The notes beneath the pieces are model-generated. The model was not told the DNA's origin and ran no database searches. It saw only the letters and a program-made list of their open reading frames with translations. Source: Bigelowiella natans CCMP2755 (taxonomy: Eukaryota > Protista > Cercozoa). Taken from it: a stretch of DNA of 64,000 nucleotides. The position numbers and the translations under genes are program-made. The stretch covers positions 29,161 to 93,160 of the forward strand of contig ADNK01001325.1 of the NCBI GenBank assembly GCA_000320545.1, written 5' to 3'. This document shows, in pieces, positions 39,606 to 51,428 of the stretch (the first letter of the stretch is position 1; each line of letters opens with the position of its first letter).

Positions 39606-40730
39606 ATGTCACAGCAGCTAGAAGAACAGCAGGACTTTGGCTCGCAGGCCGTGCAAGGGCACGAGCAGAAACAGGAAAGGAAGGGCGATACGGACGCTAA
39701 GGAAGGAGGAGGAACACCTCCACAGGCACCGCCGGGACCAGCACCCGGGATTAAGAAAGCAGATGCAGCAGCAGAGGCACTGGAGAACTTCTACGAGGCG
39801 GACGACGAGGACGTGGCCGCCGAAAGCAAGAAGGTCGTAATGGCATTACGAGCCTTGCGACCCAGGGCGAGCAACTACGCCAAACTGAAAGTATCGATAG
39901 AATACAAGTATCAGACACATGATGTTTGGGCAGCTATCATGCAGGACATCATGGATTACGAAGCAGACTTACCTCCAGAGTGGGCAGCTTTGTTTAGGAA
40001 CGACGGGGGTCTGGGCGCCTCGCGGGGGACGACCCAGAGCACCGTCAAGCAGCAGCAGCCGGTACAGCGGAACACCCAGTTCATGTCTGTTAAAACAGCA
40101 CCGGTTATGATAACGAAATACAACGGGAAAAGAGGTGAGGCAAGGAGGTGGTGGAAGAACGCTAGGAGTATACTCTGCGACTTTACCCCTAACCCCACCG
40201 AAAACGACAAGCTCAAATGGCTAGCTATAATAAAGCAAGCCATGGACCTTTACGAGACAGGCAGGACCCGGATCAGGCAGCTGGAGAAAATACACACTAC
40301 AGTTAGTGGGCTACGAGACGTTGAGGCGATAATGAAGGCTTTTGTAAATGAACAGGATGCTAACTCCCTACCCCAGGCTATTAGAAAATACAGAGCAATG
40401 ATGCAGCATGAGAGAGAACCTGTTAGAGACTTTGCCACGCGCTTCCAGGATATGATCGACGAACTACATGATTTTAATTACAACACAGGTGATGATCAGG
40501 CAAGGTTTGAAGAGTTCAAGTTAAAGATAAAGGAATCCACTTACGTTACGGAGAAAGGCTACACCACGATGGAGGCAGCAGTGCGGGCTATATCCCTACG
40601 CGAGCAGGAGCAGGACCGCAAGTTTACCAGCCCTAAGGTACCTGGCATAGGAAATGTTTCCCACGCTTACTGCAAAGTTGTTCATCCAGCAGGTAGAATT
40701 GTCGCAGGCGTTCTTTGGCCATTCATCTAG
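39606..40730 (+). CDS. gag: Gag (capsid), prematurely stopped by an apparent internal inversion
   Basis: ITKYNGKRGEARRWW and the major-homology-like MMQHEREPVRDFATRFQDMIDEL; same reading frame as pol. Confidence 0.8.
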   Translation: MSQQLEEQQDFGSQAVQGHEQKQERKGDTDAKEGGGTPPQAPPGPAPGIKKADAAAEALENFYEADDEDVAAESKKVVMALRALRPRASNYAKLKVSIEYKYQTHDVWAAIMQDIMDYEADLPPEWAALFRNDGGLGASRGTTQSTVKQQQPVQRNTQFMSVKTAPVMITKYNGKRGEARRWWKNARSILCDFTPNPTENDKLKWLAIIKQAMDLYETGRTRIRQLEKIHTTVSGLRDVEAIMKAFVNEQDANSLPQAIRKYRAMMQHEREPVRDFATRFQDMIDELHDFNYNTGDDQARFEEFKLKIKESTYVTEKGYTTMEAAVRAISLREQEQDRKFTSPKVPGIGNVSHAYCKVVHPAGRIVAGVLWPFI

Positions 40731-41018
40731 CACTGAGCGTACTTCTTCCCAGCGTGGGTCATTTTGCACTGACGATTTTGACCCCCCTCCGGCCGCAGCA
40801 ACGAACACTACGAGAAGTTAAAGAGAAAGAAAGGCAGAGGACAAGGATATAACAACAGCAAATGGCAAGGCAGCAACAACGGGAAGAACAATAAATATAA
40901 GAACAAGAAGCAGAACAGTATCAATGCTATACAGCAGCAGATAAACGGAATATTAGATCACCTTAAGCAGGCGCCGACGAAGACAGCAGTACCAGCAACG
41001 CAGGACCAAGACAAGCCC

Positions 41019-44000
41019 ATGACCCTAGACGACATAAAGAACTTAGGAGTATGCAACATTAATGACGAAGACGCTAACAGGACTATCAAAGTTGCTATGA
41101 CCAAGGTTAAAGTTAAAGACAGCTACGGAGACTACAAGAAACTACCTGCCCTTTGGGATAGTGGCAGCATGCCGAAGTCCTTCATAAGCCTAAGCACAGT
41201 AAGAAGGTTAGGACTATTGGATCAAGTGACTAAGAAAGAACGTAAATATGCTCAAGCAGACGGAAGCTCTTCTATGAAGACCGTCGGTGAGCTAATGCTA
41301 AAGCTACAGATACCTGGCAGCGACGCGGAGACCCAAATCAAGACCCGAGTAGCCATGACTTTATCCATGGAACTACTCCTCGGACAGGATGCCCTAGAAA
41401 AATTAGGGGGGATCATATCATTCTACAATCACAAGATATACTATGCTAAGTTACCAAAGAAGTCAGGCAGGACCATCAGCCAGAACATGATACGGCTTGA
41501 CGAGTGGACCTCTGAGTCAAGCGTTAATGCGTTAGAGTTTATGGACCTAGCGGACAACAAGCTACCTACACCTACCGAGCTACGGAAGAAGAACCCCGGC
41601 AAGACCATCCGACAGATAACGGAGCTACTGGACAAGACCCCCCCAGCTGATGATTGGGATATCGACAAAGGCAAAAAGTACATTAATAAAATATTAAACG
41701 AGAAGTACTCTGACATCACCAAGCCGACGACGAAGCCCTCCAGCAAGCTTACCCCAGTAAAGATCGAGCTAAAGAAGGGATACGAAGAGTGCATCATCAA
41801 TGACCCAGAACATAGGCGACCGGAAGCGGACTGGGAAAAGATAGAGTGGCAGATCAATGAATGGGCAAAGGAAGGGAAGATAGAGCCAAGCAACTCACCA
41901 TGGAACGTGAGACATGTGCTAGCTAAGAAACCTACTTACCCTTTCTTCCGCCTGGCGCACAACTTCATCCGCCACAACCGAGTAATAAAGAGGATCCAGA
42001 CACCTACACCAAGGATAGATGACGTTATTGAACACGTCATAGGATACAAATACTACTCTTCCCTAGATAAAAATGAATCATACATGCAGACACCCATCCA
42101 CAAAACCTCCCGCCCCATTACCGCGTTCTCCAGCAGGCACAGGAAGTGGCACTTCGTCGTATTCCCTTACGGCCTAAGCATATCAGGGGATGCGTTCAGT
42201 AGTCAGAACTACAGGGCATACACACATGATGGGATGGCGTCTGTGTTGTGGGTGTTTGTGTTTGTGTATGTGGATGATGACATAATATGTACCAACACAG
42301 TCGTCGCTCAGATCTTCCTCCTGGAAAATATATTTATTAGGTTTGCACACTTCGGTTTTACCATTAGACTGCAGAAGTGTACATTCCTAGCTACAAGAAT
42401 CAAGTGGTGTGGATATTACCTGGAGCAAGGCCGCATCACCCCAAACCCCGAGAAAGTAGCAGCACTACAGCAAGCCCCTAAACCTAAGAATGCAAAGGAG
42501 TTAAAGTCATTCTTGCAGACTGCAGCTTGGATACTACGTAGGTTCTCCCCTACCTACGCTAGGACTGCAGCTGCTTTTACTACTGCTTACCGGAAGGAGA
42601 ACTCTGTAGGCCTCAGCTTCGCTAAGGTGTGGGCCAAGGCTGGCCTTGATGCCCACTTCGATAACCTAATAAAGTTATGCAGCAACACCCTATTGAATGC
42701 TAAGCTAGACACTACTAGACCAGCTACCCTATGGACAGACTGGTCTAAGCTAGGTATGGCTGCTGTACTTACCCAAGACCAGCAGATCATACGGGTGTGG
42801 GGCAGGGCCTGTACAGCAGCTGAGGCCAAATACAGCCCTACAAAAGGAGAGTATAAAGCCATGACTGAGGCGCAGAGGAAACTAAGATACTACCTGCTGT
42901 CGGTGCCCAGCTTCACCTTAATGACTGACCACAAGCCCCTCCTAGGCATCGACCGCAAGCTCGAAGCGCCTAACGATGAGTATGCAGCTATGAGGGCGGA
43001 CACGGAAGAGTTTAGGGACAAGAGGACAGTGGTCTACGCACCAGGAGACAAGCAGCTTGCTGACTATTTCAGCAGGCTGTTCGAAAAGAAAGTCCCTACC
43101 CAGGTCACCCCTATGGTTAACGCGATTACCTTCGAGGACGGCGACTTCCTGCCTGAGCCAGAGGAGCTCCAGCACCTTCAAGAACACCTGGATAAATACA
43201 AACACAAGCATGAGGTACTTAGTGATAGGATATATGTATACACTAATAATGTTAGGCGTACCTACGTGCCACGGCGGACCAGGGGAGCCCTTCTCTTTAC
43301 CGCCCATGGACCTGCACACGTAGGAGAAAACCATATCACTGCTCTACTCTACCATTACTACTGGCCCTACAAGCTAAAAGAGATAAGGACATACCTGCGT
43401 GGCTGCAGGTGCTCCAGCTTGAAGGCGGCAGGCGTCGCCACCAAGGAGTCCAGCAAGAGCCGTGCATCTAAGAAAATCAAAGCAAGGAACTTCTTAGATA
43501 TCGTGCAAATTGATGTTTATAAGTACGATGGCTATCACTACCTTACCTTCGTTGATGTGGCCACTGGAAAGTGCTGGGTTAAAAAGATTATCAAGGTCAA
43601 CGTTGCTAAGAAGAACAAAGGCTTATATAAGCAGAGGCTTACTAACTGCTACCGTACCTGGGAGTCTGAGCTCCAGGCTATCCCTGATGAAGTTAGCATA
43701 AACAAGATACCAAAGAAGTTACATGTGGATAATGAGACCTCTCTTCTACAGCTACCACACCCTAATATTGATGCCTCACCTGTATACTATGCCCAGTCCA
43801 ACTCCAAGGTAGAGCGACTCCACCGCACCTTGGCCAACCTAAGCAGGATAAATAGCACCACACCAGACAAGATACAAGGGTTAGTAAACGACACCTTCAC
43901 GTCTGGGGGAGGTATCAAGGATAAGGAGAGGGAAGAAGGCGACGACAACGACGACGATACCGAGAGCGAAGACGAGAAGGTCCCGTACGATGGCCGAGTT

Positions 44001-44576
44001 CTAAAGGAAGGACAGTATGTTAGGGCCAAGGTAAATCTGAGATCGAGAAATAAACAAGACCCCTTCTGGGGTGGCGTTGCAAAGGTTACCGAGAGGAAGG
44101 GGAGGAAGCAGTACTACATCTATGATGGGAACAGGGTCACCTTGCGCCACATCAGTCACCTAAAGAATTATGATATCGGTGAGAAGCTCCTAGAGGATGT
44201 TAAAGTAAACCCTACTGTGTGGGAGCGAGCAATGCCTTGTTTAGGACCCCGACCTAAGTTCGATGTGGAATATGGAAACAATAAGGTCAGGGTGAACGAC
44301 GATTGGCGCATGAAGATTGTCTATCTAGGCTACCCTGGATTACGAAATATGGAGAGGGTAGCTATGAAAATAAAGGACGGAAAATATCAGCTACTCTACC
44401 TAGCTGTTCCCGACTTACCCTTTGAGCACTGGTATAAGGTCCTGGGGGACCTTGATGCAGAGGGCTGGTATGGACACGAACCTAAGGACGAAGGTGAGTT
44501 CTGGGTAAGCGACAAAGGAGATAAGGTTAGAGAGGAATCTATTACCTGGTGGTTGGTGAAGTTCCGAAAGCGATGA
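41019..44576 (+). CDS. pol: Pol polyprotein: protease, RT, RNase H, integrase and a C-terminal degenerate adenine-methyltransferase-like domain
   Basis: ALWDSGS (protease); YVDD (RT); LWTDWS...TDHKPL (RNase H); H-x3-H...C-x-C and D,D,E (QIDVY, HVDNE, KVERLHRTL) (integrase). The frame is already open from about 40779. Confidence 0.95.
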   Translation: MTLDDIKNLGVCNINDEDANRTIKVAMTKVKVKDSYGDYKKLPALWDSGSMPKSFISLSTVRRLGLLDQVTKKERKYAQADGSSSMKTVGELMLKLQIPGSDAETQIKTRVAMTLSMELLLGQDALEKLGGIISFYNHKIYYAKLPKKSGRTISQNMIRLDEWTSESSVNALEFMDLADNKLPTPTELRKKNPGKTIRQITELLDKTPPADDWDIDKGKKYINKILNEKYSDITKPTTKPSSKLTPVKIELKKGYEECIINDPEHRRPEADWEKIEWQINEWAKEGKIEPSNSPWNVRHVLAKKPTYPFFRLAHNFIRHNRVIKRIQTPTPRIDDVIEHVIGYKYYSSLDKNESYMQTPIHKTSRPITAFSSRHRKWHFVVFPYGLSISGDAFSSQNYRAYTHDGMASVLWVFVFVYVDDDIICTNTVVAQIFLLENIFIRFAHFGFTIRLQKCTFLATRIKWCGYYLEQGRITPNPEKVAALQQAPKPKNAKELKSFLQTAAWILRRFSPTYARTAAAFTTAYRKENSVGLSFAKVWAKAGLDAHFDNLIKLCSNTLLNAKLDTTRPATLWTDWSKLGMAAVLTQDQQIIRVWGRACTAAEAKYSPTKGEYKAMTEAQRKLRYYLLSVPSFTLMTDHKPLLGIDRKLEAPNDEYAAMRADTEEFRDKRTVVYAPGDKQLADYFSRLFEKKVPTQVTPMVNAITFEDGDFLPEPEELQHLQEHLDKYKHKHEVLSDRIYVYTNNVRRTYVPRRTRGALLFTAHGPAHVGENHITALLYHYYWPYKLKEIRTYLRGCRCSSLKAAGVATKESSKSRASKKIKARNFLDIVQIDVYKYDGYHYLTFVDVATGKCWVKKIIKVNVAKKNKGLYKQRLTNCYRTWESELQAIPDEVSINKIPKKLHVDNETSLLQLPHPNIDASPVYYAQSNSKVERLHRTLANLSRINSTTPDKIQGLVNDTFTSGGGIKDKEREEGDDNDDDTESEDEKVPYDGRVLKEGQYVRAKVNLRSRNKQDPFWGGVAKVTERKGRKQYYIYDGNRVTLRHISHLKNYDIGEKLLEDVKVNPTVWERAMPCLGPRPKFDVEYGNNKVRVNDDWRMKIVYLGYPGLRNMERVAMKIKDGKYQLLYLAVPDLPFEHWYKVLGDLDAEGWYGHEPKDEGEFWVSDKGDKVREESITWWLVKFRKR

Positions 44577-44627
44577 AGGTCTAAGGGAATAAGGAAGGAA
44601 GGAAGGAGCAACGTGACTTGGGGGAGG

Positions 44628-44953
44628 TGTAGCGCGTACCACTACGCGGGCACAAGTCACGTGCGACAACAAAGGGGTTGTCGCGGATATAGAATATAGA
44701 TAACGTAGATATTAATACAGCATAGGCACGTGGGTTCCGGCGGGACTCATGGCAGCACACCGGAAGTGTGCTGCCCCACGTGCGGCGGCATTCGCGAAAG
44801 CTTCGCGAATGATTACGCAGTGCACGATTTAATAAAAATATAATCTTTAATAAAAATAAACACAACTCTTCAAAAGGAAGCAAACGTGCCTTTCCCCCCC
44901 CCTGCCTACTTGTGCACGTAGCGCCTCGGCCTGTGAACACCTTACGCGCAACA
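44628..44953 (+). repeat. 3' LTR, preceded by a polypurine tract
   Basis: GGGGGAGG directly before TGTAGCGCG; sequence matches the 5' LTR. Confidence 0.97.
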
Positions 44954-46047
44954 ATTGTTGTGCACGATGACAGGCAACACTGCCAGCTGGCCAGACTGGA
45001 ACAGACAAAGCACAAGTGATGCACATCATCACGTGCACGCACTAGCAGCAATGTGGCGGCGGCGCAAATGCAATCACCCACTCTTCTCAGGAACTTCCTT
45101 GAGGCTGCATCTGCGCGCTGGTCCGCGGCCGGGTCGAACACCAACAAGACAGTGAAAGAAATGCAAAATCCACATCTGCCGAGCAAAAACGCATCTGGTC
45201 CAGGTAGGAGTCTCATCTTGAAGAGCGCCAGAACACGTAGTCACGGACCAGCATCAGAATTCATCGGAATTCTGGGTAGAGACAGTGCTTTTGCACGAAC
45301 GGTAATTATTTTTTGCGTGTTTCTCCGAAGCAAAACGCCGAAGAAAAGCAGCCGGATCACGTAGTTTTTGAAGTTTATACTTTACGACAAGAAAGATAGT
45401 TAGGATTTTGAAAAAATCAATCTTGATTTTAATTCAACCCATGTTTTTTAAAAAAGCGCGTTACTAATTGACATCTCTCCCAGAAAAAAATGTGAACCGA
45501 GGGGTTTTTAGTTTGATTTTTCAAGGACACAGTCAAATACAGGTAGACGACAACAAAAATGTTCCAATTTTATAGATATTTGACAACGCTAAAAATTGAA
45601 CTCTTCGGCAGGTGACCAGTCCCCCCTCTGCCCAGTAACCTGGTATTTCTATGATGAAGTTAGCCTGCATCCTCTTGAAAATCAATTTTGAATCATCTAG
45701 GTTCGATTTGTGCAATGATTTTTACACTGATATTTACGTCAGTGAATCCAGTCACTTAATTTTGACACGTGTTGAAAAGTAATGTTGAAAATTTGCGTGA
45801 AAATGTTGTAGTTGCGGGATAAGAAAGAAGTGTCTGGGCTGGAGAAGTTGCATATTAGGTCACTATTTCATCTTGATTTGAGTTATTTGATCAGGGTCCA
45901 CTTGGGATAACGAACTAACACACAGTACAATTATCCTTATAGATTCGTTGGTTGAATCAAGATTGCAAGGCTCCCTCTGTATTAAATTAAAATAATCAGC
46001 TCTAGTATCGTTTATAAAGATTTTTACAAAGCTTTTGTACTTTGACA

Positions 46048-47173
46048 ATGCATCGTTTGAGCTTAACAAAGCAAATTCGCTTGGGCCAGCAGCGAATGGT
46101 AACTATGCAGCATCGCCAAAGAACGATGATTGTTGTTCGCAAGTTCAGCACAAATTCAGATAGGCGACGAAATGCAACTCTAGAGCTCGAGGATGGCACT
46201 GAGTTGCGTGGGATTTCATTTGGAGCTGACACGAGCGTCTCAGGAGAGCTGGTGTTTTCTACTGGTATGGTAGGATACAGTGAGGCACTCACGGATCCCT
46301 CTTACAAAGGACAGCTTCTTATGCTTACATTCCCTATGGTTGGAAACTATGGTGTTCCTGATCCCAAAAAAATGGACGAATTTGGTCTCCCTGCAGGATT
46401 CGAGAGCTACAAGATTCATGCGAGCGCACTCGTGTGCCAAGAGTAAGTCATTAAAGGAATAGAGGAATGATGATGACACCCTGCACCTAATCGCTGCTTT
46501 GTGTCAAATGAAATAAATACACGTGTTTGTGTGACAAGACTAGCAATGGTAATAATGGCTGTTTCTCTTGCTGACACGATAAAGCATGTAGGATAAGGAT
46601 TACCCTTGTCTCAATTTTACCTGCTGACCTTGATGATATTATTCGTTTGTGGTGCTGTGATTGTTTGCAGTTACTCCTACTTCCATAGCCACTGGAACGC
46701 AAAATCTCCTCTTTCTGACTGGTTAGCAAATGAGGGAGTGCCAGGAATCCATGGGATAGACACTCGCATGCTTACGAAGAAGATTCGGGACAAGGGATCA
46801 ATGCTTGGACGCATAGTGCTTGATGGTACTCAAGCGCCGGATTACAATGATCCTGCTGCAACGAACGTAGTTGCGGAAGTCTCTTGTAAAGAACCTCGCA
46901 TCTTCGGCCAGGGCAATCCAATCAAGATTATTGCTGTCGACTGTGGAATTAAATTTAACATCATCCGACAGCTCGTTCGCAAGGGTGCTGAGGTGAAAGT
47001 TGTACCTTACGATTATCCCATAATGAACGATTTAGAGTGGGCAGACGGTGTTTTCTTGTCAAACGGTCCAGGAGATCCAACTATGTGCACTGATACAATC
47101 GACAATCTGCAAAAATTACTTGCTCTCCAAGGCGATGACGTCAAGCCATTATTTGGTCGGACAAGTGCTTTTA

Positions 47174-47205
<32 letters not shown>

Positions 47206-47242
47206 GCGCGCACACACACACACACGCACACACGCACACAAA

Positions 47243-47290
<48 letters not shown>

Positions 47291-50200
47291 TATAGACATA
47301 CGAATACTATATCGTATAATTGTATGATATAAAATTAATTAGGTCCTACTACTATAATTTCTGTAAAGTATAGATATTCTAATTCTACCTCTCCCCATAA
47401 TATTGTTCTCAAAAGGTATTTGCCTTGGAAATCAGCTACTGGCACTTGCTGCAGGAGCAGAAACAGCAAAGTTGCCATATGGAAATCGTGGGCAAAATCA
47501 ACCCGTAAGAAACAACTTCAATAAGGACGTCTACATCACCCCTCAGAACCATGGCTACATGATCCGAGATGAGACCCTGCCTGAGGGATGGAAGACATTA
47601 TTTACTAATGAGAACGACGGAAGCAACGAGGGTATCATGCATGAATCAAAGCCTTTCTTTACTGCGCAGTTTCATCCAGAAGCTTGCGGAGGTCCCACTG
47701 ACACCGAGTTCCTCTTCGATGTTTTTCTCGATGCGGCACGAGATGGTGGAAAATCTGAGCTGAAATTCCCCTCACGTGGCTTGAAGAAACTTGAAAAGCC
47801 TCTTGACCACTCTAAGATCAAAAAAGTTCTTGTTCTTGGGAGTGGCGGTCTGAGTATTGGACAAGCTGGTGAGTTTGATTACTCGGGTGCACAAGCTATA
47901 AAAGCCCTCAAGGAAGAAGGGAAAAAAGTGATCTTGATGAATCCCAATATTGCATCAGTACAGACCAATACCGGTGGTGATGCCAAGCAAAGTGCGGATC
48001 AGGTGTTTTTCCTTCCTGTTAACCCAGAATTTGTGGAACAGGTTATTAAACGTGAGAATCCCGACGGAATCTTGATTTCTATGGGAGGACAAACTGCCCT
48101 AAACTGTGCAGTTGAGATGTATAACAATGGAATCTTTGAAAAATACGGTGTGACTGTTTTGGGTACACCTGTCGACACCGTAATTGCGACAGAGGATAGA
48201 GAGCTCTTCGCGGGAAAGTTAAGAGAGATTGACGAAAAAATGGCTGTGTCTCTGGCGGTGAATACTGTAGAGGATGCTGTAAAAGCTGCTAACGAGATTG
48301 GAGGATTTCCCGTGATGATCCGGTCTGCATTCGCTCTTGGAGGTCTTGGAAGTGGAATATGCACGGATGAGTCGCATTTACGATCTATGGCTGCAAAAGC
48401 ACTGTCAGTTGCTCCACAAATTTTGGTTGAGAGGTCTATGCTTGGATGGAAGGAAGTGGAATACGAAGTGGTCCGAGATGCAGCCGACAACTGCATTACT
48501 GTATGCAATATGGAAAATTTTGATCCCATGGGCGTTCACACTGGGGATTCCATCGTTGTCTCTCCCTCTCAGACGCTCTCTAACGATGAGTATCATATGT
48601 TGCGTGACACAGCAGTGAGCGTGGTGCGTCACCTTGGCATCATCGGTGAATGTAACATTCAGTATTCTCTCCACCCGTACAGTATGGAATACTCAATCAT
48701 TGAGGTTAATGCGCGTCTTTCCCGGTCGTCAGCTCTTGCTTCCAAGGCGACGGGATACCCACTTGCCTTCGTTGCAGCTAAGCTCAGTTTAGGTATTACA
48801 TTGCCTCAAATCAAGAACGCCATCACACAAACCACTCAAGCCTGTTTCGAGCCATCCCTTGACTACATCGTAACGAAGATACCACGATGGGATCTCAGCA
48901 AATTTCAGGGCGTTTCCACCGAAATTGGCAGCGCAATGAAGTCAGTCGGTGAGGTGATGGCCATTGGACGCACATTCGAGGAATGCTTTCAGAAGGCATT
49001 ACGGATGGTAGACCCTGCTATTAAGGGCTTTCAACCACGTGGTGAAAACTACCTCAAGTATGATCTCGAGAGTGAGCTCAAGAACCCATCTGACCGCCGC
49101 GTTTACGCCATTGCAAAGGCTTTCTATCAAGAAGGATACACCGTGGATCAAGTACATGAGCTGACGAAGATCGACAAGTGGTTTCTTACCCGCCTTATGC
49201 ATATGGTTCAGCGATCCAAGGAGATGGATGGAAAGGAGCTCAAGTCTATGGATAAAGAAGAGATGCTCAAGACAAAACAACTTGGATTTAGTGATATTCA
49301 AATCGCAGAACATGTCGGTGAGGGAGAAAAGGAAGCTCGCGCCCACAGGGAATCTCTCGGCGTTACGCCTTATACTAAGCAAATAGACACGCTGGCTGCG
49401 GAGTATCCAGCGCAGACGAATTACCTATATATGAGCTATCATGCTGATGAGCATGATGTAAAAACTGGAAACAAGGGAGCCATGGTCCTCGGGTCAGGAT
49501 CATACCGCATTGGATCTAGTGTAGAGTTTGACTGGTGCTCAGTTTCATGCATTCGTACACTAAGAGACTTGGGTTATCGTACCATCATGATGAACTACAA
49601 TCCTGAGACCGTATCCACAGACTATGATGAATGTGATCAGCTCTACTTTGAGGAGCTCTCGCATGAACGTGTACTTGACGTTTATAATCTCGAGAATGCA
49701 GACGGGGTGGTAGTGTCAGTTGGTGGGCAGATTCCTAACAATCTAGCCCTTGACTTGCATAGTAGCGACGTCAAGGTTTTCGGTACACATCCTGACATGA
49801 TCGATAATGCTGAAGACAGGAACAAATTCTCCGCACTTATGGATTCTATTGGAGTTGAGCAAGCTCCGTGGCGTGACTTGACTAATGTGGAAGAAGCTCT
49901 TCAATTCTCCTCAAAGGTCGGATATCCTGTTCTCGTAAGACCAAGCTACGTGCTTTCGGGTGCTGCAATGAATGTGGCTTTCAACGATGATCAACTCAAG
50001 TATTTCCTCGGTATGGCAGCTGACGTGTCTCAGGACCATCCTGTCGTGATCTCGAAGTTTATTGAAGGTGCAAAGGAGATCGAAATGGATGCTGTGGCTA
50101 AGAATGGGGAGGTGGTAGTGGCTGCGATTCACGAACATGTTGAGAACGCAGGGGTTCATAGTGGTGATGCTACGCTACTTCTCCCCTCGGAGTCTCTATC

Positions 50201-51092
50201 ACCATTCATGAAGAATCGTGTCAAGACGTATACTAAAAAGATTGCTAAGGCACTCAAGATCTCAGGTCCTTTCAACATCCAGTACATTGTGAAAGAGGAC
50301 AATTGTATGGTAATTGAATGCAACCTGCGCGCATCTCGATCGGTTCCTTTTGTGTCTAAGACCATGAGGCTTGACTTCATCGAGGTTGCAACGAAGGTAA
50401 TGATGGGAGAGAACGTGGATGACGTTATGTTCACTGATACTAAGCAGTGGGAAGGACCCAGAGAGTACACAGCTGTCAAAGCTCCAATGTTTTCATTCAC
50501 CCGTCTTGCTGGTGCTGACCCTGTGCTCGGCGTTGAGATGGCAAGTACAGGAGAGGTTGCGTGCTTTGGATCAAATAAGCATGAAGCTTTTCTCAAGGCG
50601 ATGCTATCTACTGGCTTTAAATTGCCGAAAAAAGATGTACTTGTGACCTCTTGTCCCACATTATTCCACCGTCTTACACCAGTTGCTTACACATTGACAA
50701 GCTTAGGATTTACCGTATGGGCCCCCGGAAGCACGTACGAGCACCTCGTAACGAAGGGTGTTGACGTAAAACTAGCTTCTATGCCACTCTCCAAAGACGA
50801 AGAAAAGGGAATTGATGCATGCGCTCTCATTGAGGACAGTACAGTTGATCTTGTCATCAACCTGCCAACTGCAAGATCTACAGACGTAGAAAATAACCGT
50901 ACCATTCGTCGCAAAGCAGTGGACTTCGGGGTACCGTTACTCACTAATGTCAATTTGGTGGAGCTGTTTGCTGAATCTATGGACAAATTTAAGAAAGAGG
51001 GGATGACCGGACTCCTGCCAGACCATCTCTTCCACTACTATGAACAAGAAACACCTGAAGAAACGTGGACCAGTCCCAAAGAGTTTCACTAG
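46048..51092 (+). CDS. Fused small- and large-subunit carbamoyl-phosphate synthetase with a mitochondrial-type presequence (CPS III-like); exons 46048-46442, 46671-47155, 47416-51092
   Basis: Arg-rich, acid-free N-terminus; [26 protein letters not shown] (catalytic Cys kept), [22 protein letters not shown], two ATP-grasp domains and an MGS-like C-terminus. No DHOase or ATCase is fused. Confidence 0.96.
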
Positions 51093-51388
51093 AAGAAGAA
51101 GAAGAAGAAGAAGAAGAAGAAGAAGAGGAAAAACAAGATATTATATAACAAGTAGCATAAATCGCTATCCTGGTACATAATACAGGTTTCATAAATATCT
51201 ATTGCCTTTTGTTTTTCTTTTACCTCCTCATCTTCTCCGTAGTAGTGTAGGAGTGGTGGTGGTGGTTGGTGGAAGTTGTAAGAAGATATTTTTTACCAGC
51301 GAGAAATTTATGGCCACTAATTCTTCGAGAAACAGACGCGTAAATGCAGCGATTGATGATAATCGATACTCATATATGGATGCACACA

Positions 51389-51428
<40 letters not shown>

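Larger units (their letters stand above)
39242..44953 (+). mobile_element. Full-length Ty3/gypsy LTR retrotransposon, recent insertion
   Basis: Two 326-bp TG...CA LTRs that look identical; 4-bp TSD ATTG (39238-39241 and 44954-44957); PBS-like TGG after the 5' LTR; purine tract before the 3' LTR; domain order PR-RT-RH-IN. Confidence 0.97.

Noticed and set aside
40728-40800. Stop-codon readthrough or a single programmed frameshift between gag and pol
   Set aside because: There are four in-frame stops and gag and pol share a frame, so one recoding event cannot join them.
44581-45216. Minus-strand ORFs of 211 aa here and 218 aa at 38925-39581 that share sequence
   Set aside because: They are antisense readings through the LTR into stop-poor flanks, not an env-like gene.
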